Positions 58,201 to 64,000 of a stretch of 64,000 nt of DNA are shown piece by piece. Source of the DNA: Aplysia californica. Taxonomy: Eukaryota. The position numbers and the translations under genes were made by a program. How positions within the stretch are numbered: position 1 is the stretch's first letter; each line of letters begins with the position of its first letter. The stretch spans positions 452,977 through 516,976 of the forward strand of contig NW_004797602.1 of NCBI RefSeq assembly GCF_000002075.1, in the 5' to 3' direction. A model generated the notes under the pieces. It did not search any database, was not told the origin of the DNA, and saw nothing but the letters and a program-made list of their open reading frames with translations.

Positions 58201-60166
58201 GTACTTAAGGACGGCTAGACTGTCAGTCTAGCCGTACATATTGATAGCTGAATTGTAAATGAAATTTTTAGTTTGCAATGCCTAAAGTTAAAGTATCTTG
58301 GGTAAATTTTTACTTTCACTCCCGCACACAGATGCACTGTTTCAGGGGTCAAACTGCTGTACTGTTTGCTGCAGATCACACATAAAGCCACTAAAACTGT
58401 CGCAAATCAATTATTTTCAAGACAATTTCAAATCTAACAGTAAAATATCAAATTATGGGTAAAAACAGGGGGGCATGCCCCCCTGTAACCCCCCAGATTT
58501 TCTTTTACCCCAGTTTGGCAGGCCCCCCTGGAACCCCCCGATTGGTCCAAAGCATGTCGATCTCGGTTAAAAACAATCAAATATTTCAAAAACTATTAAT
58601 TTGCGACGGAAATGAAGTTGATATTCGTGTTCAGTGCATCAATATTTAGTAGAAAATAGACAACTAACTGGTAGCTGAGTGTGAGACGGGAGGGAAAGGA
58701 AAAAAATACCGTATCTTGTATTTCAGACAAAACCAAAAGGTGCCTTACTGACTTTCATGTATTTGAACCTGAATAATTACTAGATCTAGATCTCGATCTA
58801 ATGAGACCTGTGTACTTAACAGGCTTGAGTCGATAGGGCCAAACCTCTAACTCTAAGTACGGCTAGACTGGCAGTCTAGCCGTACGGCGTACTAGCCACT
58901 TAGACTTAGATTATTTATTGTATGGCTATAGATGGCTTCAAGGAGCACATAGCCCAGATAACATCAAAAGCAAACGTTTTGCTCTACAAGAGTTTAGTGA
59001 GGCCTTTATTACAGTATACACTGTGTTTGGCAACCCTTTGAAAAAGGACTATCTATGTTAGTGAAATTGAACAAGTTCAAAGGCGGGCTACCAAAATGCT
59101 GAGCCACCTCAAAGAAAAGCCGGTATTTTTTTCCTTTCCCTCCCGTCTCACACTCAGCTACCAGTTGTCTATTTTCTACTAAATATTGATGCGCTGAACA
59201 CGAATATCAACTTCATTTCCGTCGCAAATTAATAGTTTTTGAAATATTTGATTGTTTTTAACCGAGATAGACACGCTTTGGACCAATCGGGGGGTTCCAG
59301 GGGGGCCTGCCAAACTGGGGTAAAAGAAAATCTGGGGGGTTACAGGGGGGCATGCCCCCCTGTTTTTACACCCATAATTTGATATTTTACAGTTAAATTT
59401 GAAATTGTCTTGAAAATAATTGATTTGCGACAGTTTTAGTGGCTTTATGTGTGATCTGCAGCAAACAGTACAGCAGTTTGACCCCTGAAACAGTGCATCT
59501 GTGTGCGGGAGTGAAAGTAAAAATTTACCGAAAAGCCTATTTATTCTGAAAGACTGAAAAAACTAAAGTCTAAAGCTTCCATCCGTGGAACATTGTAGTG
59601 TAGGTTACCTGGTGATATGATTGAAACGTACAAATACATCAAAGGCTACTACTAGATTCTAGATCTACATGATCACTGAAAGACCATGCAGCGTTTACAA
59701 AGGCAACAACCACCACACAACTCCGTGCCGTAGTGAAGCTCCAGAAGCAAAGTTAAGAAGCAGATTGTGTGTGAGGGCAAACTTTTTTGAGAATAGGGTT
59801 TTAATAAATATTATTTGGAACAATCTCCCCGAATCAGTGGTGTCAGCTCCAAACGTGGACACATTTAAGAGACGTCTGGACGAATACTGGAAAGCTGATC
59901 TCCCATATATAGATCTAGATTCTAGATCTAGATCTATATCCCCACTTGCCAAAACTGATTTGTCTAGCCTGCACGCAATGCATCCAGATCGAAATTCCTT
60001 ACCAGATAGTTGAACAGGCTCTACTTAGAGCCTCAAACAACTAAATCGTCAATGTCAATGAGATTAAAATGAAATGCAACGTCCTGTGCACAACAAACAT
60101 TAACCTACCTGAAGGAAATCCAGGTAAATAGTTGTTATTATTGAACTCATTTGCCATGTTTAGCAT
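45329..60166 (-). CDS. CCDC117-like (CCDC117/HCFC1R1-related) protein, 7 coding exons, about 433 aa
   Basis: Minus-strand GT-AG exons: 60166-60109, 53304-53168, 51817-51663, 48805-48737, 48323-48165, 47349-47185, 45887-45329. Total 1302 nt with consistent phases. Motifs FQEIENRLDEELEED, PVLKVAD, KPCMQLVLWQSP and terminal DDQEMQQS resemble my recollection of vertebrate CCDC117 (LQEIEDRII, PSLVLSD, RPSMELVLWKP, EEEMEL). Basic NLS-like SPIKRPKRR. The start could be 60166 or 60157. Confidence 0.8.
46191..47010. mobile_element. pogo-like MITE (gapped)
   Basis: GTGGAAACC...GGTTTCCACTG-TA ends with internal ATAACAGG repeats. Confidence 0.65.
47185..47349 (-). CDS. CCDC117-like exon (LDEELEED...ILPREVIAE)
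   Basis: tcccag acceptor, gtaagt donor. Confidence 0.85.
48165..48323 (-). CDS. CCDC117-like exon (APSSKVYL...FQEIEN)
   Basis: tcacag acceptor, gtaaac donor. Confidence 0.85.
48737..48805 (-). CDS. CCDC117-like exon (INVPSCSSPIKRPKRRALDEPN)
   Basis: ttgcag acceptor, gtaagt donor. Confidence 0.8.
50300..51470 (+). mobile_element. Decayed non-LTR retrotransposon fragment with RNase H end, interrupted by a short retroposon
   Basis: LQWIPVHAGLAGNEEVDSIAKEA, followed by SQMRTG and ETMDHVF Zn-knuckle remnants split by the insertion at 51111-51295. Confidence 0.8.
51663..51817 (-). CDS. CCDC117-like exon (TTSRISNLSAPG...TGIPS)
   Basis: cctcag acceptor, gtgagt donor, 155 nt phase 0/2. Confidence 0.72.
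52044..52081 (+). ncRNA. Degenerate minimal type I hammerhead ribozyme (Penelope-type)
   Basis: GTTC-CTGATGA-AGCCC-TTTACT-GGGC-GAAA-CATT-GAAC: conserved core with stems I and II; the ACGT stem III palindrome is altered to ACAT. Confidence 0.6.
52145..52220. repeat. (GAT)n microsatellite; other simple repeats (AG)n 12600-12669 and 43030-43109, (CA)n 32377-32434, (TTA)n 16920-17050
   Basis: Directly visible. Confidence 0.95.
53168..53304 (-). CDS. CCDC117-like exon (DISAATFAHVLPTALHF...PCIQ)
   Basis: tttcag acceptor, gtaaat donor, 137 nt phase 1/0. Confidence 0.72.
53405..53720 (+). mobile_element. Old CORE-type tRNA SINE remnant
   Basis: GGGTTCAAATC B-box, TGTGTCCTTGGGAAAGGCAC and CCAGGTAGGAATGGGTACC core-like motifs. 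Confidence 0.55.
53730..54185. mobile_element. Sola-type MITE related to the 28681-34328 element (another relative starts ~19420)
   Basis: GTG...CAC-ATAT ends, GAGCGCCTGATTTCA subterminal motif, similarity to the reverse complement of 28690-28950. Confidence 0.65.
58301..58710 (+). mobile_element. Non-autonomous DNA element (Merlin-like, GGTA...TACC), copy 1
   Basis: 8-bp TSD GTATCTTG (58293-58300, 58711-58718); near-identical inverted copy at 59122-59529. Confidence 0.85.
59122..59529 (-). mobile_element. Non-autonomous DNA element (Merlin-like), copy 2, inverted
   Basis: 8-bp TSD GAAAAGCC (59114-59121, 59530-59537). Confidence 0.85.
59600..59900 (+). mobile_element. CR1/L2-type LINE 3' remnant
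   Basis: GDMIETYKYIKG and NFFENRV...WNNLPESVVSAPNVDTFKRRLDEYW, typical of CR1/L2 ORF2 C-termini. Confidence 0.8.
60109..60166 (-). CDS. CCDC117-like first coding exon (MLNMANEFNNNNYLPGFPS)
   Basis: ATG, cag|gtaggt donor in phase 1 matching the next exon. Confidence 0.65.
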
Positions 60167-60429
60167 AGTATCTGTTGGCGTCGTGGCTGCAGATGGATAT
60201 CTTGCACAGCAAAGCAAAGGCTGCAACGATGTACCATCCCACAAATGAATCTTGAATAGACTTCTCTGGTGCTTTTGTCAAACAGTGCACCTCAGCAATA
60301 ATCCGCAAAGAAATTAAAACTGACAACGTTGGAAGAAACACACAAGACACAGCACTGACTGACGTGCACAGGACCTTTGTTAGAAGAGTGGAGAAAGAAA
60401 CTGCAATGCAAGAAAAAAAATCTTATTTA

Positions 60430-60990
60430 CGTCCCCTGTCATCCAGAATCGACCAGGAAGTTCTTATTATATCAATGGACACCACTTTGCACTCATCTGC
60501 GCATGCGTGTGCTATTTACACCTAGAAATAAAAGTATTATTTTCACATAATATGATGTGTTAGAAAAGGGGTGTTTAGACATCTGCATCTTTGGGTGTAA
60601 GGATTAGTTTGCTATTGCATTAAATTGTTGCTATTTTACAATAGTTAAGCTTAAAAACGAAGTACTGTAGAATATTATTTATACTGAAGAAGATTTAACC
60701 GAAAGAGCGAATAGATTTTGCAGTACCAAAGCTTGTTCCGACTGTTTGGGGTCACAGGTCATGTAAGTTCATCATGAGTTCACGACGAAATGGCGGGGTT
60801 GTGTGAAGTCTGAAAGAAACCAAGACTCATCTACTGTTGTATTTCTGAAATATACCCACCTTTTAATTCATGTGAACTTCTACTTCAAAGTTTTGGTGAT
60901 TCCCAGGTCTCAGTCTGTTTGACTCAACTGTAAATTATGCTTATTAAAGATTTCAGACGTGACTTTTACGATGTTCTTCAACATCAGGTA
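60430..60990. promoter_or_regulatory. Probable bidirectional housekeeping promoter
   Basis: ETS-like CCAGGAAGT (60453-60461), NRF1-like TGCGCATGCG (60498-60507), YY1-like AAATGGCGG (60788-60796); minus-strand donor at 60430 and plus-strand CAG|GTAAGC at 60987. Confidence 0.55.
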
Positions 60991-61063
60991 AGCCAAGCCC
61001 AAGCTAGGCTAGCTAATAAGCATAGCAGTCAGACTTTTTTTTGTGAGTGCTAAAAGTACTCTG

Positions 61064-61143
61064 CTAGATCTAGTGTGCTAGATTCTAGATCTAGAACTAG
61101 ATCTAGATCTAGATATCTAGATCTAGATCTAGATATATATCTA
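61064..61143. repeat. (GATCTA)n self-complementary microsatellite
   Basis: Directly visible; shorter runs at 33437, 58780, 59650 and 59911. Confidence 0.9.
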
Positions 61144-61196
61144 AGCTGAAGGCTTCATAGAGATTGGGCAATCTCATCATAATCATGTATTATGTA

Positions 61197-62190
61197 TTGC
61201 GGAGTTCACCAACAATTTTTAATTCGGATTCGAGTCCGAATATGAAAAAATGTTATTCGGACTCTGATTCTTATCCAGCATGACATCACTTCCGACTTCC
61301 TGTGACTCGTGACTCCGGCTTCCTGTCCTCCCTCACTCGTGACTCGTCTCAGGCTGGATAGAGACCGGGATCACTTCGGGCAAAATGGCGTTTTGTGCAG
61401 GAGCCGAGTTTTTATCTTACGATGAATTTGAGGCCGGCCTGAAAAGTTATAGCGCTTCTAATAAATGTTTATTTGTCAAGAGGTCATCAGAAGCATTGAA
61501 GGATGGCTTGTTAGCGTGTGTCGGGGTCGGATGGGTGGCCTGCACACGTGTGGCTGTGTGCATGTCGGGGAGGGGAGTGGGGGGGCACTATCGGTCCGGG
61601 CGTTGAACGTGGCATACTCGTCAGTCTTTTTTCCCCCTGGCAACTGATCATTATTACAATAATAAGCTAGTCTTGACGTAGATCTACGTAATAAATTGTG
61701 CGCTGGTCTATGGAATCAAAAGTTGCCGTATGCTCAGCTCTACACAGCAACGCAACTTTTTCTTGGTAAACAATCGAGATGACACAGGCTTGTGTATTTG
61801 AACGAATCAGTCTTTTTTTTTTTTTTACACAGCTCATAATATGCAGGTACCAGGTGGTCTGCTAATCTTCAATTTTACCTTTTTCTACAACAAAGAAAGT
61901 GGGAAACATGGGGGGGGGGGGGGAGGCGTATCAATGAAGCGGCGGGCATTGGATCGGCAGAAAAGGTGTGGGGGAAACTAAAAAAGGGCGGAAAATTGGA
62001 AGCACTGAACGTTAAATCTATAGAACGAAGACACTTCCTTTTTTCCGGACCCGAGTCCGAATAAGATTTTTTCATATTCGGACTCGAGTCCGAATAAGAA
62101 TTTTTTTTATTCGGACTCGAGTCCGAATATGAAAAAATGTTTTTCGGACTCGAGTCCGAATGAAAACGGCCTTTTATTCTTAACTTTCAC
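61197..62190 (+). mobile_element. Mutator(MULE)-derived non-autonomous element with palindromic subterminal repeats
   Basis: TTCGGACTCGAGTCCGAA-type palindrome once at left and four times at right; ORF start MAFCAGAEFLSYDEFEAGLKSY...FVKRSS resembles MULE/ZSWIM3-type N-termini; exact ends uncertain. Confidence 0.6.
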
Positions 62191-63263
62191 ATAATGGAAT
62201 TAGAGACATTGAGTCAAGTAGGCTGGAGAGCAATTGCCAAAGTATAACAAAACATCCTCAAAAACAATTTAAGCCCCCCATGAAAGCATCTGTCATTCAT
62301 ACCTGACCTATAAATTACTGGTATAAACACAAATTTCACAGAGGAGCTATCAAGATAACATTCAAACCAGCCGCAAAATTTGATGGAATTGGGAGTGTCA
62401 GAAAACAGACAAAAACCATCTATTGCCAAGCTGAAGACCAGAGTGAATGCAAGATGTGTTCTAAGTGTACAAACTAAGAGACAACTGCTAGATTTGGAGC
62501 AAGTCTTAAACCAGCCAGCCTGGCCCCTGCTCCCCCAAACCCATACATGTATGTATTTTATGTTTCTATAAAGCCTTGCCAAGCCCAAGAACTTCTCAGT
62601 TTTTCCAGGGAATGTAATTAAAGGTTCAAAATGAGGTGTTAAAAATGTCACATGGACTGGGCACAAACTCAAATTTGTCCACTGATGTTTCTCACATATT
62701 TGTGCCTGGAGTGAGTTTCAGATACATTTTCAAGAAATTGACCAAAAAATGGCATGTCAACAATTGTGGGGAACAATAGGACCATGATGACAACTTGCTG
62801 TATGGCACCGAAGAAACAAAATCAACAAAGCTGTCAGAAACATCACATAGGACATCAGGATCTTCCTTGTCCTGTGGCATTTCCAACATGTGTTGACATT
62901 CTACCCTTGTAGCTACATAACTGTTGGTCAAAACTAAAAAAAGAATATACTGGCAATAAAGCCACTGCAAACCAAAAGCGGCTTACTTAATGGAAGTGAC
63001 AGGAATGCTTATTTGTTCTGGAGCAACCATTTTTGAAAAATTAAAATTGTTGGAAAAGTCACACTGGACATGAATGGCTTTTTTTGTCCCATTTGAAGTA
63101 TAGTCTTCCGAAAGACGTTTAGCAAGACAACACCAAACACAGACAACATAACATTACAAAGTGCTCTTAAGGTAATTTTGTAAAATAGCTTTTGGAACAA
63201 CTCTACACATCAACTTAGAACTGATCAGACACAATGAAATATTTCGTTAGGAATCTTCACATA

Positions 63264-63745
63264 CAGTCGAACCTGTGTAAGACGGAATCGCGAGGGAGCG
63301 GGGGGGAAATTCCGTCTTAGGGGAATTTAGAGGAGGAGGGGGGGGATCAAAGGCCCAGCCGGTAGGATCAAGGATCGCTTGTCCGATCGGCAAGCAGTGG
63401 TCAAAACTTCACACCTCTCAGCTCCTATCCTGTCTGATAATGACATGCGTCAGTCTTACTTGTCCAATTACCACCAGTGCTTGCCTTTCATAGGACCACT
63501 GTTTGACCTATTAAAAACAGAAAGGTTTGAACATCTCATTTGATTCCACCCTTAGCCCCACCCACCACTGCCATCGTTGCATTTTCCGTCTTAGACAGGT
63601 GAAACCCTCGGAAGGGAGCGGATTTTTCTTTCCGTTTCCGCGTTGGACAGGTTTCCGTTTTATACAGGTAATTAAAGAGGAATGTATCAAGGGGGGAGCG
63701 GGGAGATTCTGTTAAGACAGGTTTCTGTTAAGGCAGGTTCGACTG
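63264..63745. mobile_element. Tc1/mariner (pogo-like) MITE
   Basis: TIR CAGTCGAACCTG, TA TSD. Confidence 0.88.
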
Positions 63746-64000
63746 TATATGATACGCTTGATGTTAGAAACTTCACACAATGAAATTGGGAGGACAAAAA
63801 AAAGAAAAGACCACCTTGCTCACTGTCCGCCATTGTAGAGAATGAAACGAAAGTGCTGCACGTTCTTGTAGTGATCTCCCTTTTCGGACGCGCTGTTATT
63901 TTAATAAATAATAATAAATTACACTTTTTTTTTTCCCAGTAGGGCACTTTGGTTTACAATGACAAACATACATATAAATACATATAATTATAATTTATAC

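Noticed and set aside
58301-59529. Single foldback/MULE element with 410-bp TIRs
   Set aside because: The outer flanks do not match each other, and each arm has its own TSD.
60401-60430. 30-nt GT-AG intron
   Set aside because: Too short for a typical spliceosomal intron; the acceptor at 60320 is more plausible.
62040-62165. CRISPR-like palindromic repeats with short spacers
   Set aside because: The spacers are ~15 nt, A/T-rich and repeated at the other end of the element, consistent with transposon subterminal repeats.
62214-62970. ORFs 62380-62571 and 62692-62970 as genes
   Set aside because: No recognisable motif or consistent splice structure; possibly decayed transposon sequence.

Overview
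This is AT-rich, repeat-dense eukaryotic (animal) genomic DNA with assembly gaps. The repeat families suggest an invertebrate, probably a gastropod mollusc (inference). Two spliced protein-coding genes converge. VPS53 is on + with 19 phase-consistent exons (4463-23338, 820 codons); its first coding exon is not visible. A CCDC117-like gene is on - with 7 coding exons (60166-45329, about 433 aa) and a probable bidirectional promoter near 60.4-61.0 kb. Immediately 3' of VPS53 is an apparently intact piggyBac element (24213-26870, 624-aa transposase) with an unusual CTAA target duplication, very imperfect and asymmetric ends, and an RS tract encoded by a (TCTAGA)n microsatellite. Further features: a decayed Sola-type element carrying a nested Kolobok/KolobokP-like remnant; two RNase H-bearing LINE fragments; a CR1/L2 tail; three short retroposon families sharing one 3' stem-loop and (ACTAA)n tail; many MITEs, including two inverted Merlin-like insertions forming a ~410-bp hairpin; degenerate Penelope-type hammerhead motifs; and several degenerate partial duplicates of VPS53 exons. 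No CRISPR array, rRNA or true tRNA gene is supported.
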